From assembly GCA_002369415.1 (NCBI GenBank), contig DFEZ01000010.1, positions 6,059 to 70,058 of the forward strand: a stretch of 64,000 nucleotides of DNA, in the 5' to 3' direction. A model generated the notes under the pieces. That model was not told where the DNA came from and ran no database searches. It was given only the letters and a program-made list of their open reading frames with translations. Below are positions 41,326 through 50,851 of this stretch, piece by piece. The position numbers and the translations under genes are program-made. Every line of letters starts with the position of its first letter. The stretch's first letter is position 1. Source of the DNA: Bacillales bacterium UBA3789 (lineage in GTDB: Bacteria > Bacillota_I > Bacilli_A > RF39 > UBA660).

Positions 41326-42727
41326 ATATTTCTATTATTCTAATATAGTTAGTTCTTCTTGTTTTTCCTAATGGGAATCCTCCAGTAAATACTATTAGAT
41401 CTCCTTCATTTAAATTAAACTCTTCTTTAGCAATTCTTTTTGCTTCTTCTACCATTTCATCAGTTGACTCATATACTTTTGTTACTATTGGTTTTACTCC
41501 AAAGTTTAAGGCTACTTTTTCAGCTATATGATTAGATGGGCAACATGCTAAAGTAATACAGTTTGGTCTTAAGTTACTTATCTTTCTAGCAGTAAAGCCT
41601 GTCATTGTAGTTGTTACAATTAATTTAATATCATTATACTCTACTGCATCAACTACTAATTTAGCAATTGTATCTGATACAGTTATTTTTCTCTTATAAG
41701 CAGTATGTTTTGTATAGTCTATTGTTGATTCTACATATTCACAGATCTTTGCCATAAATGCAACTGCTTGGATTGGATATTTTCCAACTGTTGTTTCTCC
41801 TGATAACATTACACAGTCTGTTCCATCAATTACAGCATTTGCGATATCTGACACTTCTGCTCTTGTTGGTCTTGGGTTTTCATACATTGATGCAAGCATC
41901 TCAGTTGCAACTATAGCAAATTTACCTGATTCACGGCATTTTGTAATAATTTCTTTTTGTAATATAGGAAGATGTTCCATTGGAACTTCTACACCTAAAT
42001 CTCCTCTTGCTATCATGATTCCATCAGATTCAGCAATTATTGAATCGATATTGTCTATACCCATTTGGCTTTCAATTTTAGAGATAATTCTTGCATCTCC
42101 ACCAGCATCAGCAACTATTTTCTTTGCTTCTCTTACATCCTCTGCACTATTAACAAAAGATAAAGCTAAATAGTCACATGAGTGTTGTGCTGCAAAAGTA
42201 ATATCTTTTCTATCTATATCACTAATAAATTGTAAATTTAAATTAATTCCAGGGACATTTAAAGTTTTATGATTCTTAATTGATCCATCATTTAGAGCTT
42301 GTAATAATACATAATCTGGTCCTTTTTCTATTACTAATAAATCTAATAAGGCATTATCTACTAATACGTGATTACCTACATTAATGTAGTCTATTGCTTC
42401 TGGATGATTAACACTAAACTCTTGATAGTTTCCTAACACATTGCCTTTAACCATCTTAATAGTGTCATTTGTCTTTATATCTACTCCATCAAATTCAAAA
42501 TTCATGGTTCTAAATTCAGGCCCTTTTGTATCATACATTATTGCGATAGGTAATCCTGTTCTTCTTCTCGTTTCTCTTACTACTTCAATTGTATTTAGAA
42601 TAGATTCTTCTGTTGCGTGTGACAAATTAATTCTTGCACAGTTCATTCCATTTAGTGCAAGTTGTTCCATTACTTCAACATTATTACTTACTGGACCAAT
42701 ACTACATATTATTTTTGTTTTTTTCAT
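41324..42727 (-). CDS. pyk: Pyruvate kinase
   Basis: KTKIICSIGP, RINLSH, DTKGPE, ARGDLGVE, PTRAE and MLSGET motifs. Likely start MKKTK (track start 42739). Confidence 0.97.
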   Translation of the reverse strand: MKKTKIICSIGPVSNNVEVMEQLALNGMNCARINLSHATEESILNTIEVVRETRRRTGLPIAIMYDTKGPEFRTMNFEFDGVDIKTNDTIKMVKGNVLGNYQEFSVNHPEAIDYINVGNHVLVDNALLDLLVIEKGPDYVLLQALNDGSIKNHKTLNVPGINLNLQFISDIDRKDITFAAQHSCDYLALSFVNSAEDVREAKKIVADAGGDARIISKIESQMGIDNIDSIIAESDGIMIARGDLGVEVPMEHLPILQKEIITKCRESGKFAIVATEMLASMYENPRPTRAEVSDIANAVIDGTDCVMLSGETTVGKYPIQAVAFMAKICEYVESTIDYTKHTAYKRKITVSDTIAKLVVDAVEYNDIKLIVTTTMTGFTARKISNLRPNCITLACCPSNHIAEKVALNFGVKPIVTKVYESTDEMVEEAKRIAKEEFNLNEGDLIVFTGGFPLGKTRRTNYIRIIEI

Positions 42728-42792
42728 TCCACTCACCAACCATCTATTTTCTTATATTATTATAGCAAAAAAAAAGAACTTTTGGTTCTTTT

Positions 42793-43929
42793 TTATTTAT
42801 TTTTTATATTTTTATTTGGAAGCAAATCAGTATAGTGAAAATTAGGATTCTCAAATATACTATATTCCATTGGTTTATTATAACCACCATCACATATTGT
42901 TTTTACATAATTATAATACATGTATGACATATCTAAGGAATCTAAAGCACCACCTTCATACACTCCTTCAACATGACCTGTCTCTGTAAATTGATATAGT
43001 CCAACATCTCTATTATAATCATCTGGCCATGGCTCAGCTAAAGACGGATCGTTCTCTACTTCTTCAAAGCCATAAATATCTCTCATGCTAGGATAATAAG
43101 ATATCCATAAAGCGTCACTTGCTAACAAATCACCAGTTGGATCAATAACTTTAAAGCCACACTCAAGATTACTATAAATACCAACATAATAACCTTGTGC
43201 CTTTAAAACATCTGCAAAAGCTTTATAGTTAGCAATTACTCTATCTGGGTGGTCACGAAAGAACTCTCCTGCATCTACATATGTATCTGAACCACTTTTT
43301 CCATACTGATAATCAGGAGTATAAAGTGGTTCACTAAAAGGCTCAATATCATAGTAAACTGGTAAAGTTGGTCTAGCATTGAATTTTGATAAAAATTTAA
43401 GTGTCTTAACAGCCTCTTGTTGAGCCATTGATTCAGTAGTTGCTCTTGAAAAAACATAAAAACCATATGGCATATCATTTTCTTCACATAACTTAATCAA
43501 TTCTTCAACTTTTCTTCCATTATATTGATCATCAAGTTCATATAACATATCGCTAGGATAATCCATAAAACAAGCATCAAATAATTTGATAATAATTCCA
43601 TCAACGCCATGCTCTTTCATTACTTTAACATCAATGTCACCTTGAAATGACGAAATATCAACAATTTGATATTTTCCATTAGAACCACTTGGTTTCCATG
43701 AATCACCTTTTGTAAATTCTTCTTTCTCCATCTCTTTAGAAATGCTAGGAGGAAAGTCAATATCTTTTTCTTTTGGATTTATACGATTAGTAAACCAATC
43801 CCCAACCTCACTAAAAATATGAGAAGCAATTAAGCCACCAACAAATCCCAAAGTATAACCAGTCTTAACTGCTTTTCTAAGTTTATATTTTTCTTTGTTC
43901 TTTGGCTTATTTTTGATTTCTATCTTCAT
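42793..43929 (-). CDS. GH25 muramidase (lysozyme) with N-terminal membrane anchor
   Basis: VDISSFQG, YGFYVFS, VYYDIE (DxE), GIYS, LWIS, YQFT and LDMS motifs. Confidence 0.85.
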   Translation of the reverse strand: MKIEIKNKPKNKEKYKLRKAVKTGYTLGFVGGLIASHIFSEVGDWFTNRINPKEKDIDFPPSISKEMEKEEFTKGDSWKPSGSNGKYQIVDISSFQGDIDVKVMKEHGVDGIIIKLFDACFMDYPSDMLYELDDQYNGRKVEELIKLCEENDMPYGFYVFSRATTESMAQQEAVKTLKFLSKFNARPTLPVYYDIEPFSEPLYTPDYQYGKSGSDTYVDAGEFFRDHPDRVIANYKAFADVLKAQGYYVGIYSNLECGFKVIDPTGDLLASDALWISYYPSMRDIYGFEEVENDPSLAEPWPDDYNRDVGLYQFTETGHVEGVYEGGALDSLDMSYMYYNYVKTICDGGYNKPMEYSIFENPNFHYTDLLPNKNIKNK

Positions 43930-43950
43930 ATAATCACCATCCTAATTATA

Positions 43951-44772
43951 TCATTTTTGACAGTTTTTACAATAATGAGTTCCTCTTCCACCAATCCTTG
44001 TTTTTTCTAGAGTAGTTCCACAAACTGGACAAGGAGTTCCTCCTTTTCCATGAACTAATAATTCATTTTGGAATAGTCCATGAACTCCTTCAGATGATGT
44101 GAAACTTTTTATTGTTGTTCCACCTAATTCTACTGCTCTATTTAATATTTTCTTTGTATTATCAATAATACTTTGACACTCTTTTAGAGTAATAGAACTT
44201 GCTTTTCTATTTGGATTTATTTTACTCATAAATAATATTTCATCATCATAAATATTACCAATTCCACATATAATTGATTGATCTAACAAGGCTGTTTTTA
44301 TTGGTACTTTTAATTTAGATAATCTATCATGTAAGTATTCTTTTGTAAGAGTATCATCATAAAACTCTTTTCCAAGTTCACTTAATGGTTTAACATTAAA
44401 TGTTTCATCTTTATTAAATAAATACATCTTTCCAAATTTTCTTACATCATGATATCTCATACTAATAGAGTTATCTAAGTTAAACTCTACATGTTCATGT
44501 TTAGTTATTTCATCTGAATCTCCTCTAAAGAAGAATTTACCTTCCATTCTTAGATGAATTAATAAATGATAGTCATCTAATTCTAATACAATAAACTTTC
44601 CTCTAGTAGTTATATCATGTATTTTTTGACCAATTATTTTTTTTCTAAATTCATTACTTGTGGGATAAGCAATTATATTATCCCAATAGACATTACAGTT
44701 ATTTATTGTTCTACCTATTAATTCTGGTTTTAATTTTTTTACAACTGTCATTACTTCTGGTTTTTCAGGCAT
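43951..44772 (-). CDS. mutM: Formamidopyrimidine-DNA glycosylase
   Basis: N-terminal PE, RGKF, HLRMEG and GIGNIY motifs; C-terminal CPVC...CKNCQ zinc finger. Confidence 0.97.
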   Translation of the reverse strand: MPEKPEVMTVVKKLKPELIGRTINNCNVYWDNIIAYPTSNEFRKKIIGQKIHDITTRGKFIVLELDDYHLLIHLRMEGKFFFRGDSDEITKHEHVEFNLDNSISMRYHDVRKFGKMYLFNKDETFNVKPLSELGKEFYDDTLTKEYLHDRLSKLKVPIKTALLDQSIICGIGNIYDDEILFMSKINPNRKASSITLKECQSIIDNTKKILNRAVELGGTTIKSFTSSEGVHGLFQNELLVHGKGGTPCPVCGTTLEKTRIGGRGTHYCKNCQK

Positions 44773-44783
44773 GTTATCACTTC

Positions 44784-47396
44784 CTATTTAGCTTCATACC
44801 AGTTTGTTCCTGTTTCTATTTCTACTTTTAATGGTACTTTTAATTCATATGTATTTTCCATTACTTCTCTTACTAATTTCTTTACTTCTTCAAGTTCATC
44901 ATTAACTACATTTAATATTAATTCATCGTGTACTTGTAGAAGAATCTTTGTTTTTAATTTTCTCTTATTTAACTCTTCATATAGTTCAACCATTGCTTTT
45001 TTTAGAATATCAGCAGCAGTTCCTTGAATTGGAGTATTAAGAGCCATTCTTTCTCCACTACTTCTAATCATATAGTTCTTAGACATTAATTCTGGAATTA
45101 CTCTTCTTCTATTCATTAGAGTTGTTACATATCCCTTAGAATAAGCTTCTTTCTTTTCATTTTCCATATATTCACCAATTCCAGGGAATGCATCTAGATA
45201 TTTATCTATAAAGTCTTTTGCTTCAGTAACATTAATACCTAAATCTTCTGATAAACCAAAACTACTTATTCCATAGATAATACCAAAGTTTACTGCTTTA
45301 GCAGTTCTTCTCATAGATTTATCTACTTTATCGATTGGTACATGATAAATATCACTTGCTGTCTTGCTATGAATATCTAGATCATTTTTGAATGCATCTA
45401 TCATTTGAGTAGCATTTGCCATTGATGAAAAGACTCTTAATTCTACTTGTGAATAGTCACTAGATAATAGTACTGAATCTTCATCTGGAATAAATGCTTT
45501 TCTAATCATTCTACTATATTCATCTCTTGCTGGTATATTTTGTAGATTTGGACTAATACTAGATAATCTTCCTGTTCTAGTTAGAGTTTGTGTATAAGTA
45601 GTATGAATTCTTCCATCTTCTCTTATTTCATTAATTAAACCAACTGCATAATTTGAATATAATTTAGATAACATTCTATATTCTAATATTTTATCTACTA
45701 TTGGATTTACAAAACTAATTTTATCTAAAATATCTTTATTAGTTGAATATTTACCATTAGTAACTTTCTTTGGATATGGTATTTGCATATCTACAAATAA
45801 TACTTGAGAAAGTTGAGCTGGACTATTAATATTAAATTCTTGATTTGCTAAAGAATAGATTTCTTTTTCTAAATCTTTAATCTTAACATCTAGTTCATCT
45901 CTTACTCCTTCTAAGTATTTTCTATCTACTTTAATACCTGTTAATTCCATATCAGCAAGTACATATACTAGTTTCATTTCTATATTATTAAATAGATCCT
46001 CTTCATCATATTCTTTAATCTTATTTAATAATTCTTCTCTTGAATCATAAATAAACTTTGCTTTTGAAATAGTTACATTATGTAATTTGTCATCATCTAC
46101 TAACATAGGCCTTTTTAATGTACCAAATACATCTTCAAATTTTGGTATATCATAACCCATATTATTAGCTAAGAAACTTATATCATCTTTAATTTCATAA
46201 TCTGATAGATATGCTGCTAAAGATGTATCATAATTGCAATTATTAATCTTAATATTATATCTATCTAATAAGACAATACATTTCTTTAAATCATATGTAT
46301 ATTTATTAGACTTAGAAGCAAATATATCTTTATATTTAGATATTTCTTCTTCTTTTAGGAAATATCCTGCTTCTCCATCATAGAAACTAATTCCTAAAAT
46401 ATCACTTTTACTATATACTTCTCCCATACTTTCAATATAGAATGAAAAGTCTTTATTATAGTCAAAGCCTTTAATATCTTTTATTATTAATTCATCATTT
46501 TTCTTTACTTCATTATTATCTTCTACTTCTCCCATTAGATTATATTTTTTTAATAGTGAATTAAATTCTAATTCTTCTAATATTTCTTTTAATTTTAAAT
46601 TATTAATGCCTGTATATTTACAATCTTCTAATGAGAAGTCTAATTTAACATCTTTTACGATAGTTGCTAGATTATATGACTTATAGCAATTATCTTTATC
46701 TTGGATTAATTTATCTTTAATTTTACCTTTAATACTATCAATATTACTATATAAATTATCAATAGAGCCATATTCTTTAATTAGTTTAATTGCAGTCTTT
46801 TCTCCTATTCCTTGAACCCCAGGAATATTATCAGATGGGTCTCCCATAAGCGCTTTTAAATCTATCATTCTTATTGGTTCTACTTCATATGTTTCCATGA
46901 ATTTCTTTCTATCCATCATTATGTGATCATTACTTTTTAATACTCTTACTATTACATCATCTTCTATTAATTGTAATAGGTCTTTATCACTACTTATAAT
47001 TTCACAATCAAAATCTGGATCTATATGTGCTTCATATGATAATGTACCAATAATATCATCTGCTTCGTAATAATCCATTTCATGATATTTAATACCCATT
47101 GCTTTTAATACTTCTTTAGCTACTGGAAATTGTTTTTTCAAATCATCTGGAGTATCACTTCTACCAGCTTTATATTCATCATATGCTTCATGTCTAAATG
47201 TTTTTCCTTTATCAAAAGCAACCAAAATATATTCTGGTTTATCTTCTCTTATAATTCTATTCATCATGTTAATAAATCCATATAAAGCATTAGTTGGGAA
47301 TCCTTTAGAGTTACGCATAATTACTCCACTATAAGCTGTTGCATAATAACTTCTAAAAACTAAATTATTTCCATCTACAAGTAATATTTTTTTCAT
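44784..47396 (-). CDS. polA: DNA polymerase I
   Basis: 5'-3' exonuclease motifs (LVDG, EADD, GDPSDNIPG); polymerase motifs TGRLSS..PNLQNIP, DYSQVELR and LQVHDE. Confidence 0.98.
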   Translation of the reverse strand: MKKILLVDGNNLVFRSYYATAYSGVIMRNSKGFPTNALYGFINMMNRIIREDKPEYILVAFDKGKTFRHEAYDEYKAGRSDTPDDLKKQFPVAKEVLKAMGIKYHEMDYYEADDIIGTLSYEAHIDPDFDCEIISSDKDLLQLIEDDVIVRVLKSNDHIMMDRKKFMETYEVEPIRMIDLKALMGDPSDNIPGVQGIGEKTAIKLIKEYGSIDNLYSNIDSIKGKIKDKLIQDKDNCYKSYNLATIVKDVKLDFSLEDCKYTGINNLKLKEILEELEFNSLLKKYNLMGEVEDNNEVKKNDELIIKDIKGFDYNKDFSFYIESMGEVYSKSDILGISFYDGEAGYFLKEEEISKYKDIFASKSNKYTYDLKKCIVLLDRYNIKINNCNYDTSLAAYLSDYEIKDDISFLANNMGYDIPKFEDVFGTLKRPMLVDDDKLHNVTISKAKFIYDSREELLNKIKEYDEEDLFNNIEMKLVYVLADMELTGIKVDRKYLEGVRDELDVKIKDLEKEIYSLANQEFNINSPAQLSQVLFVDMQIPYPKKVTNGKYSTNKDILDKISFVNPIVDKILEYRMLSKLYSNYAVGLINEIREDGRIHTTYTQTLTRTGRLSSISPNLQNIPARDEYSRMIRKAFIPDEDSVLLSSDYSQVELRVFSSMANATQMIDAFKNDLDIHSKTASDIYHVPIDKVDKSMRRTAKAVNFGIIYGISSFGLSEDLGINVTEAKDFIDKYLDAFPGIGEYMENEKKEAYSKGYVTTLMNRRRVIPELMSKNYMIRSSGERMALNTPIQGTAADILKKAMVELYEELNKRKLKTKILLQVHDELILNVVNDELEEVKKLVREVMENTYELKVPLKVEIETGTNWYEAK

Positions 47397-47421
47397 AATT
47401 AATCACCATTTCTAGTATAAC

Positions 47422-47451
47422 AAAAAAAATAATAATTTTGAAATTATTATT
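47422..47451 (-). terminator. Probable terminator of the small SOS-ORF mRNA
   Basis: On -: AATAATAATTT-ca-AAATTATTATT followed by a T run; AT-only stem. Confidence 0.5.
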
Positions 47452-47523
47452 TCTTTTTAGTTACTTTTAGAAAATACGAAAGAAGAGCAAAGAGAATCTA
47501 AAAGTAACTATATTCCTCCTCCA

Positions 47524-47548
47524 CCAGATGTAAACATCTGGATTTTTT
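47524..47548 (+). terminator. Plus-strand intrinsic terminator with no plus-strand CDS upstream (candidate antisense RNA end)
   Basis: CCAGATG-taaa-CATCTGG-ATTTTTT; the T tract is on + only. Confidence 0.55.
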
Positions 47549-47558
47549 ACAGGGTTAA

Positions 47559-47708
47559 TTATTTACTTAATTTAATTGCGATACTTGATTGTTGTTCTGT
47601 AGAATTATGTTCTAATTGTTCAACTCTACTACTTGCGAAGAATAAGTATAGTAAAAATATTAAGTAAATCCCCACAATAATTAATCCTGTTTTAATACGT
47701 TCTGACAT
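47559..47708 (-). CDS. Unannotated 49-aa single-TM peptide divergent from lexA (SosA/YneA-position or type I toxin candidate)
   Basis: MSERIKTGLIIVGIYLIFLLYLFFASSRVEQLEHNSTEQQSSIAIKLSK*; strong RBS AAAGGAGAGG; consensus promoter upstream. Confidence 0.85.
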   Translation of the reverse strand: MSERIKTGLIIVGIYLIFLLYLFFASSRVEQLEHNSTEQQSSIAIKLSK

Positions 47709-47737
47709 AAAACCCTCTCCTTTCGTATTACACCTTT

Positions 47738-47766
47738 ATTATATATCGAACATATTTTCGTGTCAA
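47738..47766 (-). promoter_or_regulatory. Sigma-A promoter TTGACA-17-TATAAT with an SOS (Cheo) box in the spacer
   Basis: -35 at 47761-47766, -10 at 47738-47743. CGAACATATTTTCG at 47747-47760 differs by one base from CGAAC-N4-GTTCG. Confidence 0.88.
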
Positions 47767-47774
47767 TATAAATT

Positions 47775-47814
47775 AAAACATTTGTTTGACATTTTACATT
47801 TTTAATGTTAAACT
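47775..47814 (+). promoter_or_regulatory. lexA promoter (TTGACA-17-TGnTAAACT) overlapped by a second SOS box
   Basis: AAAACATTTGTTTG at 47775-47788 overlaps the -35 (47786-47791); -10 at 47809-47814. Confidence 0.8.
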
Positions 47815-47836
47815 TATTTTATGAAGGAGGAATACT

Positions 47837-48457
47837 ATGGAGAAATTAACTGGAAAGCAAAAGATTATATTAGATATACTTAAAAGATTAATCGCAAAAA
47901 ATGGTTATCCACCTACGGTTAGAGAGATTGGTAAAGAAGCAAATTTATCATCTCCAGCAACAATACATTTCCATTTAAAGAAATTGGAAGAAAAAGGATA
48001 TATTAGGCAAGATCCTAAAAAGAACAGAACAATTGAAATATTAGTTCCTAATGAATATTTAGAAACTCAAGATGATAAGATTGTTGAAGTTCCATTACTT
48101 GGAAAGGTTACTGCAGGTACTCCAATTGAAGCTATTGAAATGCCTGATGAGTATTTCTCATTACCTACTAATTTAATTAGTACTAAAAATGATATATTTA
48201 CTTTAACTGTTTCTGGTGAATCAATGATTAATGTAGGTATATATGATGGAGATATCTTAATAGTAGAAAGAAGAGATACTGCTAGAAATGGTGAAACAGT
48301 TGTTGCTATGAACGAGAACAATGAAGCAACTGTTAAAACTTTCTATAAAGAAGATGGATATTTTAGATTACAACCCGAAAATGATACAATGGAACCTATC
48401 ATTCTAAAAGAATGTACTATATTAGGAAAAGTTGTTGGATTATATAGAAAATTATAG
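47837..48457 (+). CDS. lexA: SOS repressor LexA
   Basis: GYPPTVREIG HTH; VTAG cleavage site; GESM serine and TVK lysine. Confidence 0.97.
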   Translation: MEKLTGKQKIILDILKRLIAKNGYPPTVREIGKEANLSSPATIHFHLKKLEEKGYIRQDPKKNRTIEILVPNEYLETQDDKIVEVPLLGKVTAGTPIEAIEMPDEYFSLPTNLISTKNDIFTLTVSGESMINVGIYDGDILIVERRDTARNGETVVAMNENNEATVKTFYKEDGYFRLQPENDTMEPIILKECTILGKVVGLYRKL

Positions 48458-48485
48458 AAGTCTAAAAAAGACTTCTTTTATTTTT
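48456..48485 (+). terminator. lexA terminator
   Basis: AGAAGTCT...AGACTTCT followed by a T tract. Confidence 0.75.
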
Positions 48486-48508
48486 AAAATATGATAAAAT
48501 AATTATAG

Positions 48509-49039
48509 GTGATAAAAATGACTGAATTAGAAAAGCAATTACGTTTAAATGCTATGTTAGAAGCTATGGAATTATATAGAAGAAGTGGTATTCCTGATTT
48601 ATCAAGAGATCAAATAGAAGGATTCTTCAAGGTAATACAAGATGAACTTAAAGGATTAGATCCATTAAGTGAACCTGATTTAGTAGTTAGAGCATTAAAG
48701 ACTAAGAATTTACTAATGGCTTTTGCAACTCAATCTAAACACGGTAATTTAATAGAACGTGATTATCATGAAGATTTAAGGCAAAAACTTCAAGCTGCTC
48801 TTGTAGATAAAAGTTTTGAACAATCAGATAATGATGTTGCTAAGGAATTACAAAAAATTAATATTGCTTATGCATATAGACAAGAAAGACGTAATTCTTA
48901 TATCTTTGCTGGTGAAGAACAAAGAGGTATGGGATATTCATCATTAAGTGAAGGTGTACTTGATATGATTGGTGAAACTGTAAGAGAAGATACATTTAAC
49001 CAAGAAATCGACGCTGAAGATTTAGCTAAAGAATTATAA
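48509..49039 (+). CDS. Hypothetical cytoplasmic protein
   Basis: 176-aa ORF with typical codon usage and its own extended -10 (TGATAAAAT); no recognised motif. Confidence 0.75.
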   Translation: MIKMTELEKQLRLNAMLEAMELYRRSGIPDLSRDQIEGFFKVIQDELKGLDPLSEPDLVVRALKTKNLLMAFATQSKHGNLIERDYHEDLRQKLQAALVDKSFEQSDNDVAKELQKINIAYAYRQERRNSYIFAGEEQRGMGYSSLSEGVLDMIGETVREDTFNQEIDAEDLAKEL

Positions 49040-49063
49040 AAAAGAGACTATTAAGTCTCTTTT
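49038..49063. terminator. Bidirectional terminator
   Basis: AAAAGAGACT-atta-AGTCTCTTTT between convergent genes. Confidence 0.75.
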
Positions 49064-49766
49064 ATTTTTTTATAAAATGTCTTACTATGTAACTTGCTAT
49101 TAAAAGTCCTGCACTAGATGGTACAAAAGCTGTACTTCCAGGTGTTCTTTCTCCAGTTTTTATTGGTAACTCTTTAGATGATAGGACCATTACTTTTTTA
49201 TTAATTTTTTCATCTTTAATAAATTTTCTTAATATTCTAGCAAGTGGATCATTAACTGTTTTTCTAATATCTGTTATTTCTAATTTAGATGGGTCTAGTT
49301 TGTTACCAGTTCCCATACTCGAAATAAAGTCTATGTCTTTTTCTAGACATTTTTTTATTGTTTCTTTCTTAGTTGATACTGTATCACATGCATCTACTAG
49401 GAAATCTATTTTATATTTAAATAATTCTTCTAAGTTATTTATATCAATAAACTTATCAATCTTTATTATTTTACAACCACTATTTATATCTTTAATTCTT
49501 TCTTCTAAAACATCTACTTTCTTTTTACCTATAGTAGAATCTAAAGCAATTATTTGTCTATTTATATTAGTAATATCAACTATATCGTAATCCACTAAAA
49601 TAAGTGTACCAATATTACTTCTTGCGAGAGCTTCAGCAACATAGCCTCCTACTCCACCGACCCCTAATATCAATACACTCTTGCTTTTTAGTTCTTTTAA
49701 GTTGTCATTACCTATAAGCATTTCTAATCTTTTAAATTTATGCTGCTTTTGGATATTCAATTTCAT
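49062..49766 (-). CDS. tcdA: tRNA threonylcarbamoyladenosine dehydratase (YrvM/TcdA)
   Basis: GVGGVG, TNINRQ, DACD, SSMGTGNKLDP and DPLAR motifs. Confidence 0.92.
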   Translation of the reverse strand: MKLNIQKQHKFKRLEMLIGNDNLKELKSKSVLILGVGGVGGYVAEALARSNIGTLILVDYDIVDITNINRQIIALDSTIGKKKVDVLEERIKDINSGCKIIKIDKFIDINNLEELFKYKIDFLVDACDTVSTKKETIKKCLEKDIDFISSMGTGNKLDPSKLEITDIRKTVNDPLARILRKFIKDEKINKKVMVLSSKELPIKTGERTPGSTAFVPSSAGLLIASYIVRHFIKK

Positions 49767-50559
49767 CCTTCTTTGTCTTAATTAATTGCTTAGGTCTATC
49801 CTTAGTTTGAATTAATGTTAGTGGTTTTCCATTAACTAATTTATTTACATATGACATCTTTGTATAGATTCCTGTATTTCCTTTTGCTGTTCTATAATAC
49901 TTTTTAAGATTTCTATAATCTCTTGTATTTAGAGAACTCATTGCTTTTAATGTATCTTGAAGACTTTCTTCTCTAATTGATGTGTCTGAAATAACTGTAC
50001 ATTCAAAGTTATTTAAGAATCTAATTACATCTGTAATTCCCATGATTCCTGCTTCTTCAAACAATCTTGGCCATTCACTTTGTGGATAGTCTTTTACGAT
50101 TCTTTGTAATCTTGCAATTTTCTCATCACTTAATTGTTCTTCCATACCCAATTCTTCAAATGAAACATATCTTCCTCTTTTAGGACTTCCAGGTATTTCT
50201 TGTCTCATATCTGTAATAGCTTTACTATAAAGCCTATCTAAATTTCTATTTACACTCTTTGGAGGTTGAGGCACTTCATAAACATCATAGGCATTTGAAT
50301 CGTTTTCTTCTTTTGTTGTTACTAAGAATCTTCTTGGATATAATAATGATTTACTTCTTATAAAATCAATTGGTGCATTAACATCTCTTGATTTTCCAAA
50401 ACTTGATTCAGAAAACTTTTCTCTATTAACTATGATATCAGATGGTTTGGCGTCTTCATAACAAACGCTTTTTCTTATCTTGGATGCTTTTTTTAGTCTA
50501 ATCTCAGCGTTCATTACTCTACCTTTGTTTACGATAGGTAATACTAACATTACTCTCAC
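49738..50559 (-). CDS. Hypothetical protein
   Basis: 273-aa ORF with an AGAGGTGAG RBS near the start; no recognised motif. Confidence 0.7.
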   Translation of the reverse strand: MRVMLVLPIVNKGRVMNAEIRLKKASKIRKSVCYEDAKPSDIIVNREKFSESSFGKSRDVNAPIDFIRSKSLLYPRRFLVTTKEENDSNAYDVYEVPQPPKSVNRNLDRLYSKAITDMRQEIPGSPKRGRYVSFEELGMEEQLSDEKIARLQRIVKDYPQSEWPRLFEEAGIMGITDVIRFLNNFECTVISDTSIREESLQDTLKAMSSLNTRDYRNLKKYYRTAKGNTGIYTKMSYVNKLVNGKPLTLIQTKDRPKQLIKTKKDEIEYPKAA

Positions 50560-50611
50560 CTCTTTGTACTGGTTATTTTAACACAAATACCTTTTAAAAT
50601 CAACAAAAAAA

Positions 50612-50783
50612 TCAGATAGACCGTCGTTCGGCAACGATTAAAACCTGTATATGTACAGGTGGGTGTCCTTACGTTATCATTAGGATCCTTAAATTAATAA
50701 GTATTCAACACCGATAACTAGTTCGGGACTCCCGTATCGTTAAATTAGTCGGTTTTATAAAGAGCCTGTTCGTATCTATCTGA
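50612..50783 (-). ncRNA. ssrS: 6S RNA
   Basis: About 172 nt, GC-richer than its flanks, with complementary ends (TCAGATAGA/TCTATCTGA). Internal GGGAG and CACCCACCTG motifs are typical of Firmicute 6S. Extended -10 TGATATAAT at 50791-50799. Lies between aspS and tcdA, as in Bacillus. Confidence 0.9.
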
Positions 50784-50851
50784 CAATTTAATTATATCAT
50801 ACATCATCTATTATCACAAATTTTTTACATATTTTTACAAAAAAGAAGGTT

